A stretch of DNA of 64,000 nucleotides from Azolla caroliniana (Eukaryota; Plantae; Polypodiophyta), in assembly GCA_043228905.1 (NCBI GenBank), contig JBHGNT010000003.1, positions 19,158,001 through 19,222,000 on the forward strand, in the 5' to 3' direction. The position numbers and the translations under genes are program-made. How positions within the stretch are numbered: the first letter of the stretch is position 1; every line of letters begins with the position of its first letter. The notes under the pieces were generated by a model. That model had not been told where the DNA came from, did not search any database, and was given only the letters and a program-made list of their open reading frames with translations. Positions 1-12,096 of this stretch are shown in pieces.

Positions 1-1269
1 TTTCTATGGGTACACTCCAAAGCGCCTTACGGACACACAAAGAAGCCCAATTTTTGCAAGTGTTGCAATGCACGACATGCTTCAATTCTGGCCACTCGGC
101 CGTGGATTACGCTTTCCAACCATACTACCCGATTTGCCACTCTCAAGGGCACACAATGGAGCAATGTGAATATAATATGCTCAACCACACAACTGCCCCG
201 GTACGACAAATCGAACCTCACCACGATCGTCCTTGACAAGATGATCGTAATCGTTCGCTACCTCGATTTCGGGAAGCCAAGCCACCCCGGTACGAAGATT
301 GGTATCGGCCCAAGTGGAATCGCTATCGGTTAGACAATCGGTACCGGCCAGAGGAGGATGAGTATTGGCCCATCGAAGATTGCCACCGGCCAAAGGAGGA
401 CCGCTATCGGCCAACCAATGACTACTATCGATACGATTACGATCGTGATGATGATTATGAGACATGATACCGTTCCGACAAAAGGCAAGATCGGCGCCAC
501 TTCCAAAATAATCACGGTCATAGACAACCAGGGAATAATCGAAGACCCCCAGACAATCGACACTGGGATGCATCGAATCTTGATCATCGTCGACCACCTC
601 CCCACACCGAGATTCGGGATGATCACCACCCAACGCAGCGATAGGACGCGCCGCCCCGAGAAGAACCCCCTAGACCGCCGCTGCAATTTGAACATGGGGA
701 ATCAAGCAACTCTGCTCCGGTCACGTGCTTCAATTGCAATCAACCAGGGCATTATGCGACTCAATGTACGGCCAATGATCGCGGCAAGAGCCCCCCAGTA
801 AATATCATCACGACCGAAGTCCAACAAGTAGCGACAAGAAGCAAGGCACAAACACACACAATTGGACGTCCAAGATGAAGTCCATCAAGCCACAGAAGAA
901 TAGATCGAGAAATCTAATAACATGAACGTCGACTGCATGAATACCAAAATGAAGGACATTGCTATCGGCGTCTCCACTTCCTCAGAACCTACTGATTTGC
1001 TGGACGAAGATCTAACATGGCAAGCACTTACCAACTGCCAGATATGAATGCCCCTAAGTAAGCTCCCTCATTTTCTTCCATGGTTCAAGGACACGGTGGT
1101 ATCCTTAACCACCGAAAAAGATCAGATGATTGTGCTCGTCCACCTTGCCGAGTCAAGTACAAGTGCCCCACTAATGGACTCCTAGAACCCCGTCGTGAAA
1201 CTCATTATCAAAGGGCATGATATACATGATTTCATTATCGACGGTGGATCTAGCGTCAATGTCATTAGT
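1..1269 (+). pseudogene. Degraded gag-protease region of old Ty3/Gypsy host element G0
   Basis: CCHC-like knuckles CTTCFNSGHS and PICHSQGHTMEQC (60-170) and TCFNCNQPGHYATQC (~723-767). Aspartic protease motif FIIDGGSSVNVIS at ~1231-1269. Many stop codons. Confidence 0.75.
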
Positions 1270-2008
1270 TGTGGCGGGCAACGTGCGGACTGTCTGCGCC
1301 TTCCCTGAGTTCCTGCTTGTTGGTTCTCAATACTCCACAGTCCGGTACGTCTGTGTGTGTGGGTGTTGGCTTCCGCTACTTGTGAAGAGCCCGTGCGCTA
1401 GGTGATTCGTTGGCAGGTTTCCCTCCTTGGCGCGCAAGACCCAATTCGGTTCAGCGAGACCATGCATTCCCCTAAAGGTGGTTGGCGATAGGAGGTGGTC
1501 GTTCTGGAAGAGGCGTGCCCTGCACGAGGGTCCCGTCGCACGAACGAGCCTGGGAGCTCCCCGACCGGCACTAGGATGCAAGCTCCCTCTTCCTCTCCGT
1601 GTGGAACTGGCATCGCAGCGAGCGTCGCATATGTATGTGTGTGTGTGTGTTTCTGTTTAGTGTAGGGTCCGAGAGTGGGTACGTGTGTGATCGCCGATGT
1701 AGAGGTGCCGGTTGTAACCGTGTGTGTATATGTGTGTGTGCGTGTGCGCGGGCGAGGTTAACCAGGCCGTGTCCCGTGCCTCTTTTGGCCCCTTGTACAT
1801 ACGAGCGAAAAGGGGGCAGCAAGGACAAGGACGCGCTCTCTCACTTCCCGTGCGATTACCGGTCGCTTTCAGAGAGTATCCGGGATCGAACCAGCCGGCA
1901 ACGCAGCAAGCTCCAGAGGATTCAGGTTCCCGGCAACTCCTCCCCTCTTGGGCCATGACCCCGGTGATCCCGCCCAGATCCAACATGCAAGCGCGGATTA
2001 CCGCGACA
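1270..2008 (+). mobile_element. Solo/chimeric LTR related to the TGTCG...CGACA Gypsy lineage
   Basis: Termini TGTGGCGG...CCGCGACA. Bases ~1600-2008 are homologous to the reverse complement of 23509-23960. Flanks TAGT / ACGG do not match. Confidence 0.65.
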
Positions 2009-2720
2009 ACGGTTGCTTCAATAGCAAAATTCATTTATGAATACATATGGTGCCCGATTGAGCTCGCCAACAACCAAAGAGGACATTTCCTGAACACAAT
2101 TATTCGGGAACTCACGACACACTACGCGGTGGTCCATTAGAAAAGCACGCCACATTATCCACAAGCCAATGGCCTGACCAAGTCCACAATAAAACGTTGC
2201 AAACAATCGTGAAGAAAATCATAAACGAAACACACACTGACTGGGATGATAAGCTGCATAGCGCACTCTGAGCATATTGAACAACATTCAAAACAAGTAT
2301 AAATTCCACACCTTTTAGGTTGGCATTTGGGTTGAAAGCCGTCATGCCAATTGAATTTCAGGTAGAAAGCCTATGAGTAAAAAATTTGGAAGGAATTGCC
2401 AAGACCGATTTTGTGTAAAAGCAACTTGAGCAATTACTCGAACTCGGGGAGGATAGGTTGACTAGTCTCAGCCACTTGGCACACAGTCAGCGGAGACGAA
2501 AAGCATTTGTCAATCGCCATTGCCAAGGGACTGAAGAATTATTCGAAATCGGTAGAGTGGTCCTAGTTTTCAAACTTGGCACAAATCAATGCCGGGAAAA
2601 GTCCGTTTCCGATGGACAGGATGTTCGAGCTCGGTGCATTAGCCAGCGACATCATGCCAAAATGGGTTAATGGATTCCGCTTAAAACCCTATCTCGGCCA
2701 TACACCACCCAACCCATTCG
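2009..2720 (+). pseudogene. Degraded integrase of G0
   Basis: TVASIAKFIYEYIWCPIEL...HFLN..IRELTTHYAVVH*KSTPHYPQANGL...DWDDKLHSAL*AY*TTFKTSINSTPFRLAFG matches an rve core, with stops and frameshifts. Confidence 0.85.
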
Positions 2721-3166
2721 CCGACAAGTGTGGCCACAAGGGCCACGGTAGGTGAAACAAAGGTTCATGAGGCCACATCGCCGAAATTACGGTAACTACC
2801 CCACCTAACCGAAAATGTATAAAAAAAAATGAGAGAGGGACTCACTAAGTTAAGTATTTAAGGAGCATGCACACCACGCAAGAAAAGCAAGTACAAACAG
2901 TTTCGACGCGTGGCCTTAAAACCTCATTATGAGAGGCAAGCTTCTGAATCTAGGGTACAAGGCCACGATTTGGGAATAGAGGCCTATACAAAAGGAGGGG
3001 CACCACAAGCCATGAATTCAATTGCGCATAAAAGCTCATAGCCCTCAAACCCTCTCGCCTCCTGCACAAAAGCTCTTTCGCTCCCTACATAGAAGTCTTC
3101 TCGCTCTCTCGCTCCCAGCCCAACAACTCTCCAACCCTCTCTTACTCTCCAGCCCTCGAGCTAAAC

Positions 3167-3967
3167 ATGCCACTCGAAGTTTCCATGCAGCTCTGCAACT
3201 GGCTAAGGCGGCTATTTGAAGGTTGTCAATACACCTTCTCACCCCGAAGCTCAGGAAATCATACTTAGGGTCCATCCCAACACCATCACCAACAACCAGA
3301 TCCGATCGATGTTGGGTCTAATGCGCGGCAGAGAACGTGACATCGAGGCTCTGCCTCAGAACTTCCTCAAGGCTCATTTCAAGGATTACTCAGTTTTCGC
3401 AAAGGCATATCACACGCAAGGAGGACCTAACGAGTTCTTTGGCAATTTGGCTTGCTTTCTTTTGGTGTTCGGCTATGTGCATGCTAGAGCGTATAGCATG
3501 CCAAAAAAGAAGGCAAGTATCATCACCACCGCCTACCAGAGTGGTGCAATTGACTAGGGAATCATCACCGGGGAAGGAGTTTGCATCAGGCTATCGACTT
3601 CTCAAGCAGAGAGAAGGTTCTTGCCTGCTCTAGCACATTACCTATCTGTGCTCTACTCTCCCCATTCCGCACCTGCTCCCCGCTGAACCCTCCCCGCCTT
3701 GGCCTGCCCACTCAGACAAAGTGGCAACGGGCTTTACATCTCGCCTAGGAAGGATGGCGCGATGACGTGCCTGCATAGAATCCGACCTCATCATTGCCAA
3801 CCGAAGCCACCATTGCCCAGGAACCAACGTACGATATCACCATGCGGGGGTGCGAAAAGCCCAAGACATCTGCCTAGGTGGAGAAGTCTAAGCCTAAATC
3901 GGCAAGCCTAGAGAGGAGTCGAAGTATACAAAGAAGGTGTCTGGACAACCAAGCCCTGCGAAGAAAT
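3167..3967 (+). pseudogene. 5' part of extra ORF downstream of pol in G0 (continues at 21480-21573 and 25918-27410)
   Basis: ORF 3216-3557 plus downstream frames. The reading frame runs continuously across both insertion junctions once the TSDs are removed. Confidence 0.55.
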
Positions 3968-4458
3968 TGTTAGGAAACAGGTCCCTCCGGATGGGAAGTG
4001 AGAAGAACAGTGTTGATATCGACCTCGGCCAAAACCAGATGTGGAGTACCCGGCATCGAAAGATCTGGTGAGAACCGAATGAGTAGTACCTGGCAAGAGC
4101 CGGATGGTGAAGACCTAGTGAGAACCGGATGAGTAATACCCGGCAAGAGCCGGATGGTGAATGAGAACCGGATGAAGAGTACCCAACTACAGAAGACCCG
4201 GTGAGAACCGGATGAAGAGTACCCGACTATGGAAGACCCGGTGAGAACCAAATGAGTAGTACCCAGCAAGAGCCGGATGGTGAAGGCCCGGTGAGAAGTG
4301 CTCACCGGATGAAGGGACGTATTCGTAAATATGTTTCTGAGAGTCCATTGGGGCTATATTTGTAAATAGCCGAAAAGTCATATTAGTATAAATATGACTT
4401 AGGGCAAACTTAGTAGTTGTTGTCATTCTTGTTGGAGCAAGATTAGAGCGCAACAGTG

Positions 4459-4498
<40 letters not shown>

Positions 4499-4775
4499 CA
4501 CGAAGAGGTTGTTGCCTCTGTTGTAACCGCCGCTTGTGGCGAAGACAGTGAACAAGAGGTTGTTGCCTCTGTGTTCATCTATTGTATATTGTTACATAGT
4601 GATAGTTAGCAGTCAATGGATTGCCGTGGTTTTTCGCATGTTTGGGTTTTTTCCATGTAAACATCCTGTGTACTCTTCTCTTCATCGTGTCGTGCATTCA
4701 TTCCCCGTTTCTGTGTTTGATTCTAAGCTCGATTGTGGCCAAGCGTTGTTCATTGCAAGCGTGTAGTTCCTGTCA
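3968..4775 (+). repeat. 5' LTR of Copia A (808 bp)
   Basis: TG...CA termini, homologous to 20549-21474. TATA-like TATAAATA at ~4387, (GA)n tract and CCGG-rich tandem units. Confidence 0.95.
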
Positions 4776-4778
4776 AAG

Positions 4779-4790
4779 TGGTATCAGAGC
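4779..4790 (+). promoter_or_regulatory. Primer-binding site (tRNA-iMet) of Copia A
   Basis: TGGTATCAGAGC, 3 bp after the LTR end. Confidence 0.95.
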
Positions 4791-4805
4791 GAAACCACAC
4801 ATAAA

Positions 4806-5643
4806 ATGGACAAATCGTTGGGCGGCATGTTCAAGCTCACCGGCTCCAACTATTCAGTGTGGAAGTCGAAGATGAGGGACATACTCATGGTTAAAGATCT
4901 TTGGTTGCCGGTTCAGTTCGGGGACAAGAGACCGGACAAAATCAACGCCACGATATGGGAGGTGATGCACATGAAGACAACGGCGTACATATGGTGCTTC
5001 ATCGACATGAGTCTATACAACAACTTCAATGAAGAGAGCAAGGCTCATGAGCTCTGGGAGAAGATCCGCATTATGTTTCAAAACAAAAATGCTATTAATC
5101 AGGTTTCGGTATTTCGAAAGCTAGTAAGACTCTGGTACCAAGATGGCTCCACCATGGCGGAGCACATGAATGCCTTCCAAGGGCTGATCCACCAGGCAAC
5201 ATCATTGGAAGTACCTCTCGCCGATGAGGTACTAGCACTACTCCTGCTCGGTTCCCTCTCAGATAGCTGGGAGACGTTGGTTGTCACTTTGGGCAACGCC
5301 GGGCCGGAAGGGAAACAGTTATCCCTACCAAGAATGAAGTCGAGCTTGCTAGATGAGGAGGCGCGTCGGAAAGATAAGGATACGAGCTCCAACTCCAAAG
5401 CGCTCATTACCGAATCGGAACGCGGAAGACAAAGAAACTGTAGTCCCCAGAACCAGGAAAAGTCGGGGACATGGTCAAAGTCAAGGGCGAGGCCTACTTG
5501 CTTCTATTGCGGCGAGCCGGGACACTTCCACAAGAACTGACGGCATTTCCGAAAAGACAAGGAAACCGACGGTACCGATTCGAAGAGGACACCGGACCGG
5601 AACAGTAAAGACCGGAGGGGAACAGACCGGAAGGGAACGACGG
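4806..5643 (+). pseudogene. Copia A gag (UBN2-type gag plus CCHC knuckle), interrupted by element B
   Basis: ORF 4806-5540 MDKSLGGMFKLTGSNYSVWK...CFYCGEPGHFHKN*, with a premature TGA. Confidence 0.9.
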
Positions 5644-6253
5644 TGTCGAGGTATTCCTCGCGGATGCATGGGACGAGGCGGGACCTCGGGGGTCTTGTAC
5701 CGAAGAGCAAGAGAGAAAAGGAGAGGGGAAGAGACCCACAAGGTGCGAACGTAGATTCGCAGGGACACGGCCCTTCGACACAGAGACGCGAATGCGACAG
5801 CGACACAGAGAGACACGAATGTATGTAAATATATATATTAACAAACAAACAACAAGAAGCACGAAGTCTGTTACAACCGAACAGGCCGGCGGACAGATGC
5901 CGATGCCTGTTCGTAAACGCACAGAAAGGAAAGGGTAGGTTGGAGGTGCTGCCGGAAGCACTCGGGCATTCCTCAGAGCAGCGCAAGCCTCCCGAAAACC
6001 TGCACAGAAAGCAGCCACGGAGTTTGTGAGGCAGAGAGAGAGAGAAGCCTTCGCCTACAAACCGACAACACTTCGTCCTCCACTCTCCGCCCCTTTTTAT
6101 AGGCTAGGAAGGAGCCGTTTCCCCTTTACTTCCTACCTACCGAATCTACCTGCCTAGGATCTCCTATGTACAACATAAGGCGCACATGCATGAAGAGCCG
6201 GTTCCTACGCTCCGGTGCACCGATTCCGCTTGTGGACGGTTTTCTTCACGACA
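5644..6253 (-). repeat. 3' LTR of Gypsy B
   Basis: TGTCGAGG...CTTCACGACA on the + strand, direct repeat of 17326-17935. Adjacent purine-rich tract on minus (AGGTGGGGGCAGA, ~6254-6266). Confidence 0.95.
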
Positions 6254-6326
6254 TCTGCCCCCACCTAACCGCGCATTCACCGGCATGTGCCAAATTGAGT
6301 TGGGACGGAGAAAACCGGTCCAGCCT

Positions 6327-6764
6327 TTATTCCCCGCCCGTCGGTTCTTCTTCGGTTTCGGATCGTTCGTCGTCCCGGTCCAGGTTATCCGGATCCAGCT
6401 CGTCGTCGTGACGCTTCTTGAACGCTTTGATCCGCTTCCCAGCTACCAGTATCGCCATTCTCGTGCCGTCGAGTTCCGCCAGACGGTACGTCCCGTTGTC
6501 GTTGGCGCTTTGTACTACGTAAGGCCCGAACCACCTTCTCGCGAACTTCCGTGTCGCTCGGTGCTGGTTGTCGAGGCTGCTGTCGTAGACTAGCACCCAG
6601 TCACCTTCCTCGATCTTCTTCGGTCGGAGCCGGTGCGTCCGGTCGAACCGGGCGTTGTTCCCCGTCCTTGCCACCCGAAGCTTTTCCGCAGCCTGCTCCA
6701 CGTCCTCCGGTCTTCGCTCGAGCTGCCGTATGCGCGCCGTCAACAGTTCCTCCCGGCTCATCTC
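6327..6764 (-). pseudogene. C-terminal part of Gypsy B integrase
   Basis: ...GDWVLVYDSSLDNQHRATRKFARRWFGPYVV...GTYRLAELDG (GPY/F region). Continuous with 12097 once C is removed. Confidence 0.9.
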
Positions 6765-6769
6765 GTCTC

Positions 6770-7373
6770 TGTTGGGATTACGGTCCCTTTCGGATGGGAT
6801 GGTCGGATGTCGGAGATGAATGACGACAAGCCCGGTTTCGGTTTCGGAACCGGATGATGAAGATCCCGGTTACGGAGCCGGATGACGAATGTACCCGGAG
6901 AGAGATCCGGATGCGGGGATATATTCGTGAATATGTTTGCCAAGAGCCCTTGAGGCTATAGTTGTAAATAGCCCGAAAGTCATATGTGTATAAATATGAC
7001 TTAGGGCAAACAGTTTTAATGTTGCTACTCATTTTTTCTGTTTTTCCACTCAAGAGGAGTGAAGAGAGAGCAGCCGTGAGAGAGATAGAGCGTGAGAGAG
7101 GAAGAGGTCGACGCCTCTGTGTAATTCCGCCGCCTGTGGCGAGGACAGCGAGCTCAAGGTCGTCGCCTTGCAGCTCGCCATTGTATATTTCTCTGTGCAT
7201 AGTTTTGGTTTGGAGTCTTGTACTCCCGTGGTTTTTCCCGTCTAGGGTTTTCCACGTTAATCCCTGTGTATTCGTGTTCTTTCTCTGTGGTTCCTATTTT
7301 CTGCTGCATTGATTCGTGCTTACTCGGTTGTGGCCGAGTGGCGAAGGTTAATCGGAGCGTCGATTGCTCAACA
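6770..7373 (+). repeat. 5' LTR of Copia C
   Basis: TGTTGGG...CTCAACA, near-identical to 11488-12091. Confidence 0.97.
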
Positions 7374-7376
7374 AAC

Positions 7377-7388
7377 TGGTATCAGAGC
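7377..7388 (+). promoter_or_regulatory. Primer-binding site (tRNA-iMet) of Copia C
   Basis: TGGTATCAGAGC. Confidence 0.95.
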
Positions 7389-7403
7389 GAACTGCTGCAG
7401 AAA

Positions 7404-10400
7404 ATGGAAGGCGGCGGCAGCGGGCAGCCGGGGATGATGGTGCTGAATGCGCAGAATTACGCCGACTGGAAGATCAAGATGGAGGATCTTCTGATTGTTC
7501 GGGACCTGTACGAACCGATTGACAGGTCGGAAATACCGAAGGGGGTACTTGAGTCGGAATGGAGGCTTCTGAACCGGAAAGCCGTTGCAACCATTCGGCA
7601 ATACGTCGACGTGAGCGTTCTACAACATGTGGCGAACGACACCAACGCATATGAGATGTGGCGGAAGCTGTCGGGCCTCTACGAGAGAAAGAATGCGTTG
7701 AACCGGACCTCCCTGATGAGGAAGATAGTGAACCTCAAGTACCGGGACGACGAGAGTATGGTGGAACACGTAAGCACGTTCATGGGATTCGTGAATCAGC
7801 TTGCGGCGATCAAGTTCCCGTTGGAGGATGCAATGCAAGCCATCATTCTGATGTGTACATTGCCGGAAAGCTGGGAGAACTTGGTGGTGACTCTCAGCAC
7901 CTCCTGCACCGAAGATAACTTGTCCCTACAAACGGTAAAGACAAGTATTTTGAACGAAGAAGCGCGTCGGAGAGATAAAGAACCGGCCTCCGATCCGAAG
8001 ATGTTGTTTACCGAATCGGATCGGGGAAGACAACGGAACCGGAGTCTGCAGAGACGGGAGAAGTCGGGGACCCGGTCGCAGTCAAGAGGAAGACCCACAT
8101 GCTTCCATTGTGGGAAGCCGGGGCACTTCCGGAAGAATTGTCGGCATTACCGAAAGGACAACGGAGCCGACGACACCGATTCGAAGAAGTCACCGGAGAG
8201 AAACGGTGCATACCGGGGAGCCACGGACCGGAGAGGTCCGGATCGGCGAGGGCAGGACAGGAAAGGAACGACGGCACTCGCGGCAAGTGAGGAAGAAATC
8301 ATGCTCATCACCGAAGAAGGTGAACTAAACATTGCCGGCGATGAGACGACCTGGGTGGTCGATTCCGGAGCGTCGTTCCACCTGACCCCGGAAAGAAGAT
8401 ACTTCTCATCCTACACAGCCGGTGAGCATGGCTGTGTTCGGATGGGAAATGAAGGTACGTGCCGGATTGCCGGCGTAGGAGACGTGTGGTTGACAACCTC
8501 GACCGGATGCAAAATGCTGCTGAAGGATGTCAAACACGTTCCGGAGGTTCGATTGAACCTGATTTCGGCCGGGAGGCTAGACGATGAAGGCTACACAGGT
8601 AGCATCCGGAACGGCGTAATGAAGTTCAGCAAGGGGAGCCTGATAGTGGCTCGGGCCCGGAAAGTCAACACACTGTACCTGATGAATGCCCGGTTATGTC
8701 CGGAAGAGCTGAATGTGGCAGCCGACACTGCCGGTGAGCTGTGGCACAAAAGACTGTGCCACATGAGTGAGAAGGGGATGAAGAGGCTTGCAGAAGACAA
8801 CCTTATTCCAGTGAAGCATGTGCACCTGGAGAAGTGCACCGATTGCCTGGCCGGTAAGCAGAACCGAACCTCCTTCCACTCAAGGCCACCGACGAGACGT
8901 AGCGCACCATTGGAGTTGGTGCACACTGATGTGTGCCAGGTAGAAACGAAGTCACATGGCGGAGCCCAGTACTTCGTAACATTCATAGATGATCATAGCC
9001 GAAGACTGTGGACGGCACCGATGAAGACAAAGGACCAAGTGTTGTCCGTCTTCAAAGAACTCCACGCGAGAGTGGAAAGAGAATCCGGCAAGAAGCTGAA
9101 AGCGATACGAGCGGATAACGGAGGGGAATACCGGGGGCAGTTCGCGGAGTACTGTCGCTCGAAAGGAATCCGGCTCGAGTTTACTGTGCCGAAGACGCCG
9201 GAACTGAACGGGCTGGCCGAGAGGATGAACCGGACCATAATGGAGAGGGTCCGGAGTATGCTGGCGCATGCGAAATTACCCAAGGGGTTTTGGGCTGAGG
9301 CAATGTCGACAGCGACATATGTGATAAACAGATCACCCTCAGTACCTCTGGACGGAGACACGCCGCAGAGAGTGTGGACCGGTAGGGAAGTATCTTACCG
9401 GCATCTGAAGGTGTTCGGGTGTCTCGCATACGTGCATGTGGCAAAGGACCGGAGAGGAAAGCTAGATCCAAAGACCCGGCCATGCATATTCCTCGGTTAC
9501 GGCGACGACGAGTTCGGCTACCGAGTATGGGACCCGGTCGACAAGAAGATATTCAAGAGTCGAGACATCATCTTCATGGAGGACAAGACACTCGCCGACT
9601 GGGAGTCGGAGAAGAAGATGAAGAGCTCCAAGTCGACCGGTGAGGATCAACTCTAAGAGGAGCAGTCCCGACCGGCAAGGGACCAGTTAGCACTCGAGGA
9701 TCCGGCCGAAGACGATGAAGAAACAGAACCGGCCGAGGAAGATGAAACTGATACCGGAACCGGCCCCGATCCCGAAATGGATTCGGATGAAGAGGAAACG
9801 GAAGAGCCGGTTACCGAAGCTCCGGAACGGAGATATCCTCTAAGAGAGAGAAGGGTCCCCCGGAGATTTCCGGAACCAGAGCACGTGCTGCTAACCGACG
9901 AGGGGGAGCCGGAGAGCTTTGAAGAAGCAAAGCACGACACCCAGAGCCGCAGGTGGTTGAGTGCCATGCAGGACGAGATGGATTCCCTCCATGAGAACCA
10001 CACATATGAACTAGTGGAGTTGCCGAAAGGAAAGCGGGCACTTCGAAACAAGTGGGTGTTCAAGCTGAAACCGGGAGATGCCGGAAACCCCCCGAGATAC
10101 AAAGCCAGGATCGTGGTGAAGGGGTTTCAGCAGAAGAAGGGCGTCGACTTCGACGAGATATTTGCCCCAGTAGTGAAGATGACCTCCATCCGGACGGTGC
10201 TGAGCATAGCGGCAAGCATGGACCTCGAGGTAGAACAGATGGACGTGAAGACGGCATTCCTTCACGGTGACCTCGAAGAAGAGATCTACATGTAGCAACC
10301 GGAAGGATTCGAGAAGAAAGGGAAGGAGCACCTGGTATGCCGGTTGAAGAAGAGCCTTTACGGACTGAAGCAGGCTCCCCGGCAATGGTACCGGAAGTTC

Positions 10401-11477
10401 GACTCTTTCATGACCGACGAAGGGTACCTCAAAACGCAGTCCGACCACTGCGTGTTTGTGAAGAAGTTCGAAGGAGGAGACTTTCTAATACTCCTCCTGT
10501 ACGTGGACGACATGTTGATCGTCGGACGGGACCAGGTCAAGATACGGATGCTGAAGAAGGCTCTTCACCGAACCTTCTCAATGAAGGACTTGGGTCCGGT
10601 GAGACAAATACTAGGGATGCACATCATCCGGGACCGGAGCAAGAAGCAGTTGTGGCTGTCACAGGAGAAGTACGTGACAAAGGTGCTTAAACGGTTCAAC
10701 ATGTCGGAAGCAAGACCGGTCGGATCGACCCTCCCGGCAAACTGCAAGCTGTCCAGCAAGCAAAGCCCCAAGACAAAGGCTGAGAAGGAGGACATGATGA
10801 AAGTGCCATATGCCTCTGCCGTCGGAAGCCTGATGTACGCAATGGTGTGTACAAGACCGGACATTGGATACGCAGTCGGAGTGGTGAGCCGGTACATGAG
10901 CAATCCCGGCAAAGAGCATTGGAACGCGGCCAAGTGGATACTCCGATACCTGAAGGGCACGGCAAACGTGTGCCTCCGATTCGGCTCCGATAAGCCCGAA
11001 CTTGACGGTTTTACCGATTCGGATATGTCGGCTGATGCAGATACCAGCCGGTCCACATCCGGGTATGTGATGACCTATGCAGGGGGAGCCGTTTCGTGGC
11101 AGTCGAGGCTGCAGAAGACGGTTGCGTTGTCAACCACGGAGGCGGAGTACATGGCAGCTGTTGAAGCCGGCAAGGAAATAATATGGATGAAGGACTTCAT
11201 TAGAGAGCTCGGGATCCGGCAGGAGGAGTACCGACTCTACTGCGATAGTCAGAGTGCCATCCACCTTGCAAAGAACGCGGCCTACCATTCCCGGACGAAA
11301 CACATCCAGCGTAGATACCACTGGATCCGGGAAAGGATAGAAGACAAGGAGTTCGTGCTGACGAAGATCCACACGGACAAGAACGGGTCGGATATGTTGA
11401 CCAAGGTGCTCACACCCGACAAGCTGGAAGCATGCCGGAAGAGGATCGGATTGGAGAGACATCCCATGCCGAAGTGA
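7404..11477 (+). pseudogene. Copia C gag-pol polyprotein (Tnt1-like) with two in-frame nonsense codons
   Basis: Single frame with gag, CFHCGKPGHFRKNC, protease WVVDSGAS, GAG-pre-integrase LWHKRLCH, rve (VHTDVC...DNGGEY...AERMNRT), RT (LLLYVDDML) and RNase H. Stops TAA 9654-56 and TAG 10293-95. Confidence 0.93.
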
Positions 11478-11487
11478 AGGGGGAGTT

Positions 11488-12091
11488 TGTTGGGATTACG
11501 GTCCCTTTCGGATGGGATGGTCGGATGTCGGAGATGAATGACGACAAGCCCGGTTTCGGTTTCGGAACCGGATGATGAAGATCCCGGTTACGGAGCCAGA
11601 TGACGAATGTACCCGGAGAGAGATCCGGATGCGGGGATATATTCGTGAATATGTTTGCCAAGAGCCCTTGAGGCTATAGTTGTAAATAGCCCGAAAGTCA
11701 TATGTGTATAAATATGACTTAGGGCAAACAGTTTTAATGTTGCTACTCATTTTTTCTGTTTTTCCACTCAAGAGGAGTGAAGAGAGAGCAGCCGTGAGAG
11801 AGATAGAGCGTGAGAGAGGAAGAGGTCGACGCCTCTGTGTAATTCCGCCGCCTGTGGCGAGGACAGCGAGCTCAAGGTCGTCGCCTTGCAGCTCGCCATT
11901 GTATATTTCTCTGTGCATAGTTTTGGTTTGGAGTCTTGTACTCCCGTGGTTTTTCCCGTCTAGGGTTTTCCACGTTAATCCCTGTGTATTCGTGTTCTTT
12001 CTCTGTGGTTCCTATTTTCTGCTGCATTGATTCGTGCTTACTCGGTTGTGGCCGAGTGGCGAAGGTTAATCGGAGCGTCGATTGCTCAACA
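11488..12091 (+). repeat. 3' LTR of Copia C
   Basis: Preceded by PPT GAAGGGGGAG and followed by TSD GTCTC. Confidence 0.97.
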
Positions 12092-12096
12092 GTCTC

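Larger units (their letters stand above)
6770..12091 (+). mobile_element. Ty1/Copia LTR retrotransposon C (very young, full length)
   Basis: 604-bp LTRs at 6770-7373 and 11488-12091 with one visible mismatch (6880 G / 11598 A). Perfect TSD GTCTC. PBS 7377-7388, PPT 11476-11485. Confidence 0.97.

Noticed and set aside
2798-2811. CCCCACCTAACCG shared with the PPT-adjacent region of B (~6258-6271)
   Set aside because: It is too short and has no adjacent LTR, so it is probably coincidental.
10293-10301. TAG-CAA-CCG as a programmed readthrough signal
   Set aside because: It does not match the full CARYYA context, and paralog A has CAG at this codon, so it is a simple mutation.
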